Positions 30,201 to 41,743 of a stretch of DNA of 64,000 bases are shown here, piece after piece. Below the pieces are notes generated by a model. It searched no databases and had not been told where the DNA came from. It worked only from the letters and a program-made list of their open reading frames with translations. The position numbers and the translations under genes are program-made. The DNA lies in contig JAWOFG010000182.1 of assembly GCA_046482365.1 (NCBI GenBank), forward strand, positions 49,878 through 113,877, in the 5' to 3' direction. This DNA comes from Pelovirga sp. GTDB lineage: Bacteria; Desulfobacterota; Desulfuromonadia; Desulfuromonadales; Geopsychrobacteraceae. How positions within the stretch are numbered: the stretch's first letter is position 1; each line of letters opens with the position of its first letter.

Positions 30201-31577
30201 ATGATGGTGGAACAAGCTAAAATACTGGTTGTTGACGATGAGCTTTTTTTTCGTCATCTCTACCGTGATCTCCTCGAAGATGCCGGTTATGCTGTGGTGA
30301 TCTGTGCTAATGGTGATGAAGCTGTCAGGTTACTGGAAGCAGAGCCCTTTGACCTGGTCTTGAGTGATGTGGTCATGCCCGGTCGCAGTGGTATCGACGT
30401 GCTCCGTTTCGCCAAGGGGTTGCCGTCACCTCCTGAAGTGGTGATGGTGACTGGTTACGCCAGTCTTGACTCTGCAATCGAATCTCTTAAAAACGGTGCC
30501 CGCGACTATCTGGTAAAACCTTTTAATCCGGAAGAGCTCAAACATCTGATCGCAACCTGTCTGGAGCAGCGGCGGCTACTGGCTGAAAATGCCCATCTTA
30601 AACGCCAGATCAACCTGTTTCAGACTGGCCAGACGCTTTCTTCCCTGATCGACCTGGAGTGCCTGATTCCTCAATCCCTTGAAGCCTTGATGCGTAAACT
30701 AGGTTCCCAATCGGGGTTCTCCTTTACCCTGGCAGACGATCAGGCAACCTATCTGACGGGTCTGAAAAAGATCCACGCAGGACATGCCGAGCAGTTAATC
30801 GAACTGCTGCTGCCGGAATTTTTTCAGGCGGCCGGTGTTGTTCAGCCATCAGGAGAATGTCTGGAGGGGTTGCGTAGCTTGAACAAACGACCTGAGCAGA
30901 TCTGGATGCTGCCATTGCGTGACGGAGATTTGTTGAAGGGTGGCATTCTGATCAGTGATGCAGTTTGTAACGATACCGATTTTTCTCCGGCTGACCTGCG
31001 CTACCTGTGCGATCAGATTGCCCTGGGGTTTGCCAACGCCTCGCGTTATCGTAATGCCCAGCAACTGATGTATTCCGATGACCTGACCGGTCTTTATAAT
31101 CATCGTTATCTTCAGATCGCTCTTAATCAGGAGATGATGCGCTCGCAGCGTTATGGTCTGAAATTTTCTGTTTTGTTTATGGATCTGGATCGTTTCAAGG
31201 AGATCAATGATCAGCACGGGCATCTAGCCGGCAGTGCGGCTCTGCAGGAAGTGGGGCGGTTGATGCGTGGTTGTGTTCGTGATGTCGACACCCTGTTTCG
31301 CTTTGGGGGCGATGAATTTGCTGCCCTGTTGGTTGAGACCGATCGACGCGCAGCACGAGTTGTTGCCGAGCGGATTCGCGGGCTGATTGAAAAGCATGTG
31401 TTTCTGGAAAAAGACAATCAGCCATCGCAGGTTACCGTCTCTATCGGCATTGCGACCTTCCCCGATGATGCCACCAACCAGGAACGCCTTCTCGGCCTCG
31501 CTGATCAGGCCATGTACGCCGGCAAGGAATCGCGTAACAGCATCTGCAGTGCCGTCGATCTGGTAGATACTCGTTAA
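30201..31577 (+). CDS. Response regulator receiver - linker/GAF-like - GGDEF cyclase; candidate Hypr GGDEF (GacA-like)
   Basis: The REC domain has an intact acceptor Asp (LVLSDVVMPGRSG). The GGDEF domain has FGGDEF and an RxxD I-site. The base-recognition motif reads FKEINDQHGHLAGS, with Ser345 (AGT 31233-31235) where canonical cyclases have Asp. Confidence 0.85.
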   Translation: MMVEQAKILVVDDELFFRHLYRDLLEDAGYAVVICANGDEAVRLLEAEPFDLVLSDVVMPGRSGIDVLRFAKGLPSPPEVVMVTGYASLDSAIESLKNGARDYLVKPFNPEELKHLIATCLEQRRLLAENAHLKRQINLFQTGQTLSSLIDLECLIPQSLEALMRKLGSQSGFSFTLADDQATYLTGLKKIHAGHAEQLIELLLPEFFQAAGVVQPSGECLEGLRSLNKRPEQIWMLPLRDGDLLKGGILISDAVCNDTDFSPADLRYLCDQIALGFANASRYRNAQQLMYSDDLTGLYNHRYLQIALNQEMMRSQRYGLKFSVLFMDLDRFKEINDQHGHLAGSAALQEVGRLMRGCVRDVDTLFRFGGDEFAALLVETDRRAARVVAERIRGLIEKHVFLEKDNQPSQVTVSIGIATFPDDATNQERLLGLADQAMYAGKESRNSICSAVDLVDTR

Positions 31578-31780
31578 CCTCAATTTTAGTCATCCCCTAA
31601 AAAAGCGAGTTCTTGCTGTTCCCTCTTCTTTGATTTATAACATCGGCGGACATCATCTGCAGATCGTTCGTCCCGTGTTAATCCCCTTTTGGTCGCTGAT
31701 AAAATGGAGTATGGTCACAGTCATGATGGTCGCTGGTTTCCCGTTTATCAGTGTAAGCATAAGTATGAAAGGATAATGCG

Positions 31781-33022
31781 TTGAGTATCTCAGGAATCAA
31801 GGGAATGAACGATGTGCTGCCGGATGTCATTGGTGTCTGGCAGTTTGTTGAACGCAGTGCGCGCGAGGTTTTTGGCACCTATGGCTTTACTGAAATCAGA
31901 ACGCCGGTGCTCGAAAAAACCGAACTCTTCTGTCGTTCTATCGGTGAAACGACCGACATCGTTGAAAAAGAGATGTATACTTTTGCTGACAAGAGTGGCA
32001 ACTCCATGACCTTGCGCCCGGAAGGGACGGCTCCGGTGATGCGCTCCATTATCCAGAATCGTCTGGCTGCCCAGGATCCGGTTGCCAAGCTCTATTATAT
32101 CGGTTCCATGTTTCGCTACGAACGTCCACAGAAAGGACGTTACCGGCAGTTTCATCAAATCGGGGTCGAAGCGATCGGGGTCGAAGATCCCAAGATTGAC
32201 GCCCAGATACTGATGATGCTTCATCATTTTTTTAACCGTATCGGTATCAGTGCCGTCTCCCTCGAAATTAATTCCCTTGGCTGTCCGGCCTGCCGTCCCG
32301 GTTACCGCGAGCACTTGATCCAGTATCTTGAACAACGACTGGAGCCCCTTTGCAGTGAATGCCAACGGCGTTATCAGACCAACCCTTTACGCGTGCTGGA
32401 TTGCAAGGTGGAAGCCTGCCGGACGGCTACGGCTGATGCGCCGGCGATGGTCGAGCATCTGTGTGGCGAGTGTGACCAGCATTTCAGTCAGGTCCGGCGG
32501 TATCTTGATCTGCTCAAGGTGCCTTACACTGTCAATGAACGGATGGTGCGTGGTCTTGATTATTATGTCCGTACGACCTTTGAGCTGGTGACCGATCAGT
32601 TGGGTTCACAAAACGCTGTAGCAGCTGGTGGTCGCTATGATGGGCTGATTGAAAGTCTGGGCGGCCCGGCACTGCCGGGGATCGGTTTTGCCATCGGGCT
32701 GGAACGTCTGGTGCTTATGCTCGACCAGGATGCTGCCAGTTCTGCCGCGCCGGACCTGTTTATCGCTGCCCTCGGGGATGCCGCAGCCGAGCAGGCCTTT
32801 GTTCTGATGTCGCAACTGCAGGTCCAGGGCGTGCGCGCGGAAATGGATTTCCAAAACAAAAGCTTGAAAGCGCAGATGCGGCGGGCGGACAAGCTGGGTG
32901 CAGTTCATACGCTGATCATCGGCGACGATGAGTTGCGCAGCGGGCAGGCACAGCTCAAAAAGATGGCAGACGGCACCCAGACAAGTGTCCGTCTTGATGC
33001 CCTGCTGGAAATACTGACGTAA
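31781..33022 (+). CDS. hisS: Histidine--tRNA ligase
   Basis: TTG start. GMNDVLP, LRPEGTAPVMR, YIGSMFRYERPQKGRYRQFHQ and GGRYDGL are class II HisRS motifs. Confidence 0.95.
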   Translation: MSISGIKGMNDVLPDVIGVWQFVERSAREVFGTYGFTEIRTPVLEKTELFCRSIGETTDIVEKEMYTFADKSGNSMTLRPEGTAPVMRSIIQNRLAAQDPVAKLYYIGSMFRYERPQKGRYRQFHQIGVEAIGVEDPKIDAQILMMLHHFFNRIGISAVSLEINSLGCPACRPGYREHLIQYLEQRLEPLCSECQRRYQTNPLRVLDCKVEACRTATADAPAMVEHLCGECDQHFSQVRRYLDLLKVPYTVNERMVRGLDYYVRTTFELVTDQLGSQNAVAAGGRYDGLIESLGGPALPGIGFAIGLERLVLMLDQDAASSAAPDLFIAALGDAAAEQAFVLMSQLQVQGVRAEMDFQNKSLKAQMRRADKLGAVHTLIIGDDELRSGQAQLKKMADGTQTSVRLDALLEILT

Positions 33023-33129
33023 TTTTCTCATGTCTGTTTCTAGTGCTTGACCGACAGTCATTGGAATCCATATAATAACCCGTTTAACAATAACTATTTA
33101 GGCGCTGTTTTGGCGCATCTGGAGGCACC

Positions 33130-34920
33130 GTGCAAAACGATAAACTGGGAAGCTGGAAGCGAACACATCGATGTGGCGAACCGACGGCAGCATTGATTGG
33201 TCAAGAGGTTTGTGTCATGGGGTGGGTGCAGCGCCGTCGTGACCACGGTGGCCTGATTTTTATCGATCTGCGTGATCGTGAGGGGATTGTGCAGCTGGCA
33301 CTTGATCCTGATCGTGATGCCGCTTCACATAACAAGGCTGAGCAGGTGCGAACCGAGTATGTTGTTGCTGCCAGGGGGAAGGTTTCGGCGCGGCCGGAAG
33401 GAACGGTCAACCCGCGCATGAAAACCGGTGAAATTGAGATTGAGGTGATAGAGCTGTTGATTCTCAACCGCTCTGAAACTCCACCCTTCATGATTGATGA
33501 ATATACCGAGGTAGCAGAAAATATCCGTTTGAAATATCGCTACCTTGACCTGCGGCGGCCGGCCTTGCAGCGCAACCTGATGATGCGCCACCTGGTTGCC
33601 AGAACGGTCAGAACCTACCTTGACAGTCAGGGCTTTATTGAAGTTGAAACGCCGGTACTGACCAAGAGTACCCCGGAAGGTGCCCGTGACTATCTGGTGC
33701 CAAGTCGTGTCAACCCCGGTAACTTCTATGCTCTGCCGCAGTCTCCCCAGTTGTTCAAACAGCTGCTCATGGTATCCGGTTTTGATCGCTATTTTCAGAT
33801 TGTCAAATGTTTCCGTGACGAGGATCTGCGGGCTGATCGCCAGCCGGAATTCACTCAGATCGACTGTGAAATGAGCTTTGTTAAAAGTGACGATGTTATC
33901 GGCACGATGGAGGGGCTGATTGCTGCGATCTTTAAGGCGGCCATCGGGCTCGAGGTTAAGCTGCCGATGGAGCGCCTCACTTATGCTGAGGCCTTGCGAC
34001 GGTTTGGGGTTGATAATCCCGACTTGCGTTTCGATCTGGAGCTGGTTGATCTGACCGCCCTGGTTGCTGACTCGCAATTCAAGGTGTTTGCTGAGGTCGC
34101 GGCTATCGGCGGCTTGGTCAAAGCCATCAACGTCAAGGGAGGTGCAGAATTTTCACGCAAGGATCTTGACGGGTTTACTGATTTTGTCAAGATTTATGGT
34201 GCTAAAGGACTGGCCTGGGTGAAGGTAACGCAAGAGGGCTGGCAGTCACCCATAGCCAAATTTTTCACCACCGAGGAGTTGGCCCGCCTTAATCAGGAAC
34301 TGTCCGCCGAGGTTGGTGATCTGTTGCTGTTTGTTGCTGATACGGCCGGGGTTACCAATGAGGCGTTGGGACGCTTGCGGGGTCATTTGGGGCAGCGCCT
34401 CGGGCTGGCGAGCAAGGATGCGTATCGCTTCGTCTGGGTGACCGATTTTCCGCTGCTCGAGTGGGATGCCGAAGCCAAGCGTCACGTTGCCGTCCATCAC
34501 CCCTTTACCTCCCCTCTGGAGGAGGATATCCCGCTGCTTGACAGCGACCCCGGCAAGGCGCGGGCCCAGGCCTACGATCTGGTGTTAAATGGTTCCGAGG
34601 TTGGCGGCGGCAGTGTCCGGATCCACGATCAGGCGGTGCAGTCGCGCCTGTTCGAGCTGCTGGGTATTGGTGAAGAGGAAGCACAATTGAAGTTTGGTTT
34701 CCTGCTTGATGCCTTGAGTTATGGTGCACCCCCCCATGGCGGCATCGCTTTTGGTCTCGATCGGTTGATGATGATTCTGACTGCTGCTGATTCGATCCGC
34801 GATGTGATTGCCTTTCCCAAAACCCAGAAAGCGACCTGCATGTTGTCGGATGCGCCGAATGCCGTCGACGAAAAGCAGTTGCAGGAACTTGGCATCCGGT
34901 TACGAAAAAAGCAGGAATAG
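33130..34920 (+). CDS. aspS: Aspartate--tRNA ligase
   Basis: GTG start. A 596-aa bacterial-type AspRS ([50 protein letters not shown]). Confidence 0.95.
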   Translation: MQNDKLGSWKRTHRCGEPTAALIGQEVCVMGWVQRRRDHGGLIFIDLRDREGIVQLALDPDRDAASHNKAEQVRTEYVVAARGKVSARPEGTVNPRMKTGEIEIEVIELLILNRSETPPFMIDEYTEVAENIRLKYRYLDLRRPALQRNLMMRHLVARTVRTYLDSQGFIEVETPVLTKSTPEGARDYLVPSRVNPGNFYALPQSPQLFKQLLMVSGFDRYFQIVKCFRDEDLRADRQPEFTQIDCEMSFVKSDDVIGTMEGLIAAIFKAAIGLEVKLPMERLTYAEALRRFGVDNPDLRFDLELVDLTALVADSQFKVFAEVAAIGGLVKAINVKGGAEFSRKDLDGFTDFVKIYGAKGLAWVKVTQEGWQSPIAKFFTTEELARLNQELSAEVGDLLLFVADTAGVTNEALGRLRGHLGQRLGLASKDAYRFVWVTDFPLLEWDAEAKRHVAVHHPFTSPLEEDIPLLDSDPGKARAQAYDLVLNGSEVGGGSVRIHDQAVQSRLFELLGIGEEEAQLKFGFLLDALSYGAPPHGGIAFGLDRLMMILTAADSIRDVIAFPKTQKATCMLSDAPNAVDEKQLQELGIRLRKKQE

Positions 34921-34942
34921 CAATGCTGAAAAAAGAGTCTAA

Positions 34943-35674
34943 ATGACCACCAGATTTTTACTTATCATCAGTATCGCAGCCATGGTTCTCGCTGGTTGTG
35001 CCAAGCCTCCGCTGGCTGAGTTGGAGACGGCGCGCTATCTGGTTCGCCACGCTGCTGAAGTCGGCGCCGCCAACTGGTCACCGGGTGAATACCAGCTGGC
35101 CCGGTCCGCCCTGGACAGGGCTGAAGAACAGATGGACAAACAGCAATACCGTGCTGCTGCGCGAACGATCAGTCTGGCCCAGCGTTACGCTGAAGAAGCT
35201 CGTAGTGAGTCAGAACAGGCTCTTGCCCGTCAGGCCGAGCTGGAGCGCCAACGCGCAGAGAAAGCCAGGCTGCAGGAAGAGCAACGTTTGCGTGAACTGG
35301 CAGAGCAGGAGGAGGCTTTGCGCCAACGTGAATTGGAACAGCGCCGCCAGGAGGAAACCCGACAGGCAGCAGCGCGCGCAGCTCGTGCCGCCAGTGCGGT
35401 AAAACCACCGCCTCCGCCCCCATCACTCCCGGTCGAGCCTGTCAGGGTTGAGCGTTATGAAGTCAGGGCCGGACAAAATCTGGCTGATATCGCTGATTTG
35501 CCTGAAGTGTATGGGGACAGGCTGTTGTGGCCCCTGATTTACCGCGCAAATCGTGATCAGATTAAAACCCCTCAGGAAATTGCCCCCGGTCAGATGCTGG
35601 ATATCCCGCGCGATAAAAACGCTGAAGAGCTCGAAGCTGCGCGCAAGGAAGCACGGAAGTTGAATCTGTTTTAA
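34943..35674 (+). CDS. Lipoprotein with DUF4398-like N-terminus, charged coiled-coil and C-terminal LysM domain
   Basis: Has the lipobox LAGC, an E/R/Q-rich helical stretch and a LysM-like C-terminus (YEVRAGQNLADIA...PGQMLDIP). Confidence 0.8.
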   Translation: MTTRFLLIISIAAMVLAGCAKPPLAELETARYLVRHAAEVGAANWSPGEYQLARSALDRAEEQMDKQQYRAAARTISLAQRYAEEARSESEQALARQAELERQRAEKARLQEEQRLRELAEQEEALRQRELEQRRQEETRQAAARAARAASAVKPPPPPPSLPVEPVRVERYEVRAGQNLADIADLPEVYGDRLLWPLIYRANRDQIKTPQEIAPGQMLDIPRDKNAEELEAARKEARKLNLF

Positions 35675-35821
35675 TGGGCGCGGCTGCTCTCTGGTTACAG
35701 TGTTTTTGCTTCAAGTCTTTTTGTGGTTCCGGTTAGCTGTCGACAGCAGGGCTTACCCGTCTTTTGATGGAGAGTTTTAATCGCCGCTTGGTCCTGAACC
35801 CCCTTGACAGGTCCCCCTCCT

Positions 35822-35838
35822 TTGTATACTGTATACAA
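35822..35838. promoter_or_regulatory. Perfect 8-1-8 palindrome TTGTATAC-T-GTATACAA downstream of a TTGACA box (candidate operator in the icd promoter)
   Basis: TTGACA lies at 35804-35809. The palindrome starts 12 nt later and covers TATACT. A near-identical site lies upstream of acnB (43397-43413). Confidence 0.5.
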
Positions 35839-35922
35839 CGCTTTCCCATGCGGGATTCTCGGTTTATAACTTTGTTATAGGCTGGTTTGTTTTGACACTA
35901 CATTTATCAAGGAGAGAGACGA

Positions 35923-38148
35923 ATGGCAGCAAAAATTATCTGGTCTGAAATTGATGAAGCACCGGCGTTGGCCACCTATGCATTTTTGCCCGTTGTTCAA
36001 GCCTTCACCAAAGGCTGTGACATAGAGGTGGAAACCCGTGATATTTCCCTGTCCGGTCGCGTCCTGTCACTTTTTCCGGAGCGCCTGACCGAAGCACAGC
36101 GGGTTGCTGACCATCTGGCAGAGTTGGGTGAATTGGTCAAGACCCCCGAAGCCAACGTTATCAAGCTGCCGAACATCAGTGCCTCGATTCCCCAGCTGCA
36201 GTCCTGTATCAAAGAACTTCAACAACAGGGCTATGATATTCCCAGTTATCCGGAAGAAGCGAAGAACGATGAGGATCGTAAGCTTCAGGAGCGTTTTTCC
36301 AAGGTGCTCGGCTCTGCGGTAAATCCGGTGCTGCGCGAAGGCAACTCGGATCGCCGTGCTGCAGCGTCGGTTAAAAAGTTTGCCCAGAAAAACCCCCACA
36401 AAATGATGCAGCCATGGCCGCCGGCCGGTGAGTCAAAGTGCCGTGTCGCCTTTATGGATGGTGGCGATTTCTATGAGTCAGAAAAATCAGTGACCATGGA
36501 TGCCGCCGATACCGTCAAGATTCAATTTGTTGATGAAGGTGGTAATACCAAGACCCTTAAAGAAGTCAAATTGCTGGCTGGTGAAGTTTTTGACAGCTCT
36601 ACCATGAATGTGCGCAAGCTGCGCGAGTTCTATGCTGCCACCGCCGCTGAGGCAAAAGCAAAGGGTGTGCTGTTGTCGCTGCACCTGAAGGCCACGATGA
36701 TGAAGATCTCTGATCCGATTCTGTTCGGCCACTGCGTCACGGTGTATTTCAAGGATGCCATTGATAAGCATGCTGCGACCCTAAAAGAGATCGGTGCCAG
36801 CCCCAACTACGGTATGGGCGATATTCTTTCCAAACTGGATAAACTGCCGGCAGAAAAAAAGGCAGAAATCGAAGCGGACATCAGCAAATGTTACGAGAGT
36901 GGCCCGGCTCTGGCCATGGTCGATTCCCGTAAAAACATTACCAATCTGCATGTTCCCAACGATGTTATTGTTGATGCCTCCATGCCTAACGTCGTCCGGG
37001 ATGGCGGCAAGATGTGGAATCTGCAGGACCAGCTGCAGGACACCATCGCTATGGTTCCTGATCGTTGTTATGCCACCATGTATGCAGAGATTGTCGATAA
37101 CGCCCGTGAAAACGGTCAGTTTGACCCCGCGACTATGGGTAGCGTAGCCAACGTTGGTTTAATGGCACAGAAAGCTGAAGAATACGGCTCTCATGACAAA
37201 ACCTTCGAAGCTCCCAGCAACGGAACCTTCCAGGTGGTTAATTCTGCCGGTCAGGTGCTGATGGAACAGAAGGTCGAAAAAGGCGATGTCTATCGTTCTT
37301 GCCAGACCAAGGATATTGCCATCAAGGACTGGGTCCGTCTTGCGGTTGAACGTTGCCGTGAGTCTGGTGAGCCGGTAGTTTTCTGGCTTGACGAAAAGCG
37401 TGGCCATGATCAGCAGATCATTGCCAAGGTCAACAAATACCTGCCCGACCATGACACCGCCGGTCTCGAGATCAAAGTGATGGCTCCGCGTGACGCCATG
37501 AAATTTTCGCTGGAGCGGATCCGCAAAGGCCTTAACACAATTTCGGCAACCGGAAACGTGTTGCGGGATTACCTGACCGACCTGTTCCCGATTCTGGAAC
37601 TGGGTACCAGTGCACGGATGCTGTCCATCGTGCCGCTGCTTGCTGGTGGTGGTCTGTTTGAGACTGGCGCCGGGGGATCAGCTCCCAAGCATGTTCAGCA
37701 GTTCCTGAAAGAAGGACATACCCGCTGGGATTCCTTGGGTGAGTATTGTGCTCTGGTGCCATCGCTGGAGCTGGTCGAAAAAAATTACAATAACAACAAG
37801 GCCAAAGTGCTGGCCGAAACGCTGGATACCGCAATCGGTACTTATCTTGAGAACCAGAAGCTGCCGTCACGGAAAGTCAACGAACTGGATAACCGTGGTA
37901 GCACTTTCTACCTGACCCTGTACTGGGCCCAGGCGCTGGCAGCACAGAATCAGGATCAGGATCTTAAGGCCCGTTTCACTCCAATCGCTAAGGAAATGAC
38001 CGACAACGCTGACAAGATCGATGCTGAATTGATCGCGGCTCAGGGTAAACCGGTTGATATCGGTGGTTACTTCCGTCCGGATCCGGTCAAGGCGGAAAAG
38101 GAAATGCGTCCAAGCGCAACCTTGAATGCTATCATTGATAAGATGTAG
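35923..38148 (+). CDS. icd: Isocitrate dehydrogenase, NADP-dependent, monomeric type
   Basis: A 741-aa protein whose N-terminus [24 protein letters not shown]...[11 protein letters not shown]...[12 protein letters not shown] matches monomeric IDH. Confidence 0.95.
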   Translation: MAAKIIWSEIDEAPALATYAFLPVVQAFTKGCDIEVETRDISLSGRVLSLFPERLTEAQRVADHLAELGELVKTPEANVIKLPNISASIPQLQSCIKELQQQGYDIPSYPEEAKNDEDRKLQERFSKVLGSAVNPVLREGNSDRRAAASVKKFAQKNPHKMMQPWPPAGESKCRVAFMDGGDFYESEKSVTMDAADTVKIQFVDEGGNTKTLKEVKLLAGEVFDSSTMNVRKLREFYAATAAEAKAKGVLLSLHLKATMMKISDPILFGHCVTVYFKDAIDKHAATLKEIGASPNYGMGDILSKLDKLPAEKKAEIEADISKCYESGPALAMVDSRKNITNLHVPNDVIVDASMPNVVRDGGKMWNLQDQLQDTIAMVPDRCYATMYAEIVDNARENGQFDPATMGSVANVGLMAQKAEEYGSHDKTFEAPSNGTFQVVNSAGQVLMEQKVEKGDVYRSCQTKDIAIKDWVRLAVERCRESGEPVVFWLDEKRGHDQQIIAKVNKYLPDHDTAGLEIKVMAPRDAMKFSLERIRKGLNTISATGNVLRDYLTDLFPILELGTSARMLSIVPLLAGGGLFETGAGGSAPKHVQQFLKEGHTRWDSLGEYCALVPSLELVEKNYNNNKAKVLAETLDTAIGTYLENQKLPSRKVNELDNRGSTFYLTLYWAQALAAQNQDQDLKARFTPIAKEMTDNADKIDAELIAAQGKPVDIGGYFRPDPVKAEKEMRPSATLNAIIDKM

Positions 38149-38158
38149 TTGTTTTTAG

Positions 38159-39190
<1,032 letters not shown>

Positions 39191-39210
39191 TCGGATTATT
39201 GCTCTTGATT

Positions 39211-39244
39211 CAGAGGGGCAGTCGTTCGGCTGCCCCTCTGTTTT
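39211..39244 (+). terminator. Intrinsic terminator after mdh
   Basis: CAGAGGGGCAG-loop-CTGCCCCTCTG followed by TTTT. Confidence 0.8.
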
Positions 39245-39547
39245 AGACTCCCCTCTGACAATTGAATAATGATGGTGCAGAGGTGCTGCAAGCAGGGAAG
39301 AGAAACACAGGCATAGTAAAAGTTGCCGGTAAACACCTGTTGCAGTGTTTTTTTTTGTTGTGAAAAGTTATTATTCGATTTCCAGAGTAGAGCCTAAACC
39401 GTTGCTTTTATAAAGGAAAGCATCAACGTACAGGATGCTTAAAGGTATGGATGTTTTTGCTGGCGTAGAGTCGCCGCTTATGTTAGCATTCCGCCGCTTT
39501 GAAAAGCTGTTTGTCGACAGTCACTATATTAAAGGAGAAAATCGTTC

Positions 39548-39742
39548 ATGAGCGCGAAAGCGGAAATTGAAATCATCGAAGCCTATTGTAAGGGGTGCAG
39601 CATCTGCGTAGAGTTCTGCCCTACAAAGGTCCTGGAGATGGATGCATTTGTTGTCAAGGTCGTTAACGCTGATGCCTGCATTGCATGTAATCAGTGTGAA
39701 TTACGTTGCCCTGACTTCGCCATTAAAGTTCACAAGCTGTAA
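39548..39742 (+). CDS. korD: 2-oxoglutarate:ferredoxin oxidoreductase delta subunit (2x[4Fe-4S] ferredoxin-like)
   Basis: A 64-aa protein with CKGCSICVEFCP and CIACNQCELRCP, immediately upstream of korA. Confidence 0.85.
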   Translation: MSAKAEIEIIEAYCKGCSICVEFCPTKVLEMDAFVVKVVNADACIACNQCELRCPDFAIKVHKL

Positions 39743-39762
39743 TAGCTAGAGGAGGTCGGTTC

Positions 39763-40902
39763 GTGGCAAAGAAAATTGCTCTTTTACAGGGGAATGAGGC
39801 TTGCGCCCAGGGCGCACTTTATGCCGGATGTAACTTTTTCGGCGGATACCCAATTACTCCTTCCACCGAAGTTGCTGAAGTCATGGCAGGCGAGCTTCCC
39901 AAGGTTGGTGGCAAGTTTATTCAGATGGAAGATGAAATCGGTGCTATGGCATCGATTATCGGCGCTTCCCTCGCTGGTTCAAAAGCGTTGACCGCAACTT
40001 CAGGCCCCGGTGTTTCCCTTAAACAGGAACTGATCGGTTATGCCTGTATTGCTGAAGTTCCCTGCGTTATCATTAACGTTATGCGTGGTGGCCCTTCAAC
40101 CGGTATGCCGACCGGTCCTGGCCAATCAGATGTGATGCAGGCCCGCTGGGGAACCCACGGTGACCACGCTGCTATCGCGCTGTGTCCCTCTTCCTGTCAG
40201 GAAATTTTCTCTGAAACCGTACGTGCTTTTAATCTGGCAGAAAAATATCGCATGCCGGTGCAGGTCCTGTTTGATGAGATCGTTGGTCACATGCGTGAGC
40301 GTATTGTTTTCCCGGAACCGGGTGAGCTCGAAGTCATTGACCGGACAGCACCATCTGTTCCACCGGAAAAATACAAGCCGTTTGACACTTCTTTCGGCGA
40401 TGTTCCTCCGCTGGCGGCCTTTGGCTCTGATTATCGTTTCCATGTGACCGGCCTGAACAAGGCCGAAGATGGTTTTCCGACCACCAAGGCAGAGCTGGTA
40501 GATGCAGAAGAGCGCCGCCAGATTCGCAAAGTTGAGTGTCCGGAATCCCGCGCTGATATTGAGTTGAACGAGGAGTATCTGACTGAAGATGCCGAGGTGA
40601 TCGTTTTCGCTTACGGCTCGACCGCTCGTTCAGCCCGTTATGCGGTGAATGAACTGCGTGAGCAGGGCATTAAAGCTGGGTTATTCCGTCCTATCACTCT
40701 CTGGCCTTTCCCGGAAAAGCGAGTTGCCCAACTGGGTGAGCAGGCCAAAGCGATGGTCGTCGCTGAAATGAACCTCGGACAAATGGTTTTCGAGGTTGAG
40801 CGGATTGTCAAAAATACATGTAAACTAGGTCTGGTTACCCGCGTCGATGGTGATCCACTCACCCCGACCCAAATTATTGACCAGGTTAAGGAGGTCCTCT
40901 AA
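39763..40902 (+). CDS. korA: 2-oxoglutarate:ferredoxin oxidoreductase alpha subunit
   Basis: LQGNEACAQGALYAGCNFFGGYPITPSTE... shows 2-oxoacid:ferredoxin oxidoreductase alpha-subunit character; 379 aa. Confidence 0.9.
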   Translation: MAKKIALLQGNEACAQGALYAGCNFFGGYPITPSTEVAEVMAGELPKVGGKFIQMEDEIGAMASIIGASLAGSKALTATSGPGVSLKQELIGYACIAEVPCVIINVMRGGPSTGMPTGPGQSDVMQARWGTHGDHAAIALCPSSCQEIFSETVRAFNLAEKYRMPVQVLFDEIVGHMRERIVFPEPGELEVIDRTAPSVPPEKYKPFDTSFGDVPPLAAFGSDYRFHVTGLNKAEDGFPTTKAELVDAEERRQIRKVECPESRADIELNEEYLTEDAEVIVFAYGSTARSARYAVNELREQGIKAGLFRPITLWPFPEKRVAQLGEQAKAMVVAEMNLGQMVFEVERIVKNTCKLGLVTRVDGDPLTPTQIIDQVKEVL

Positions 40903-41718
40903 ATGGCTTACGATTACGAAAAATCAATCCGCCCAGGTAAGCTGCCTCATATCTGGTGCCCCGGTTGTGGTCATGGCATTGTCATGAAAGGCCTGATTCG
41001 GGCCATGGATAGCTGCGGTCTGGAAAAAAACAATACAGCAATTGTTTCAGGTATCGGTTGCGCCAGCCGGATGCCTGGTTATCTGGATTTTAACACCTTG
41101 CATACCGCCCATGGTCGTGCTGCCGCTTTCGCGACCGGCGTCAAGATGGCAAAGCCGGAGATGACGGTTATCTGCTGTGGTGGCGACGGAGACGGCGCAG
41201 CGATCGGTGGTAATCACTTCATTCATGCCTGTCGGCGTAATATCGATATGACTTACGTGTTGTTGAATAACTACATCTACGGTATGACCGGTGGTCAGTT
41301 CTCTTCATCCACTCCGACCGGACATCTGGCGTCGACAACTCCCTACGGTAATCCTGATCCTGCTTTTGATCTGGCAAAACTGGCGATCGGTGCCGGCGCG
41401 ACATTTGTTGCCCGGACCACAGCTTTTCATGCCACCCAGATCGACAAATTGATTGCTGAAGGGATCAAGCACAAGGGTATGGCAGTGATCGAAGTCCTCG
41501 ATGATTGCCCGACAACCTACGGTCGCCGTAACAAGTTCCGCAGTGTTGTGGATATGATGAAGCGTCTGAAGGATATCGCGGTTCCGGTGACGGCAGCAGC
41601 AAAGATGACTCCCGAGCAGCTGGAAGGCAAGACGCTGACCGGCGTACTGCACAAGGAAGACCGTCCGGAATACTGTGAAAACTACGCAAAAATCATTGCG
41701 CGTGTACAAGGCGCCTGA
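40903..41718 (+). CDS. korB: 2-oxoglutarate:ferredoxin oxidoreductase beta subunit (TPP-binding)
   Basis: WCPGCGHG and GGDGDGAAIGGNH TPP motifs. Its start abuts the korA stop. Confidence 0.9.
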   Translation: MAYDYEKSIRPGKLPHIWCPGCGHGIVMKGLIRAMDSCGLEKNNTAIVSGIGCASRMPGYLDFNTLHTAHGRAAAFATGVKMAKPEMTVICCGGDGDGAAIGGNHFIHACRRNIDMTYVLLNNYIYGMTGGQFSSSTPTGHLASTTPYGNPDPAFDLAKLAIGAGATFVARTTAFHATQIDKLIAEGIKHKGMAVIEVLDDCPTTYGRRNKFRSVVDMMKRLKDIAVPVTAAAKMTPEQLEGKTLTGVLHKEDRPEYCENYAKIIARVQGA

Positions 41719-41743
41719 TCACATCCATAAGGAGACGAGAATC

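Noticed and set aside
31704-31784. 26-codon ORF (MEYGHSHDGRWFPVYQCKHKYERIMR) upstream of hisS, considered as a His leader peptide
   Set aside because: It has only three scattered His codons, no run of His codons, no attenuator hairpins and no RBS. It also overlaps the hisS TTG start.
33325-34077. 250-aa minus-strand ORF inside aspS
   Set aside because: It is antisense to an unambiguous aspartyl-tRNA synthetase and has no motifs or RBS.
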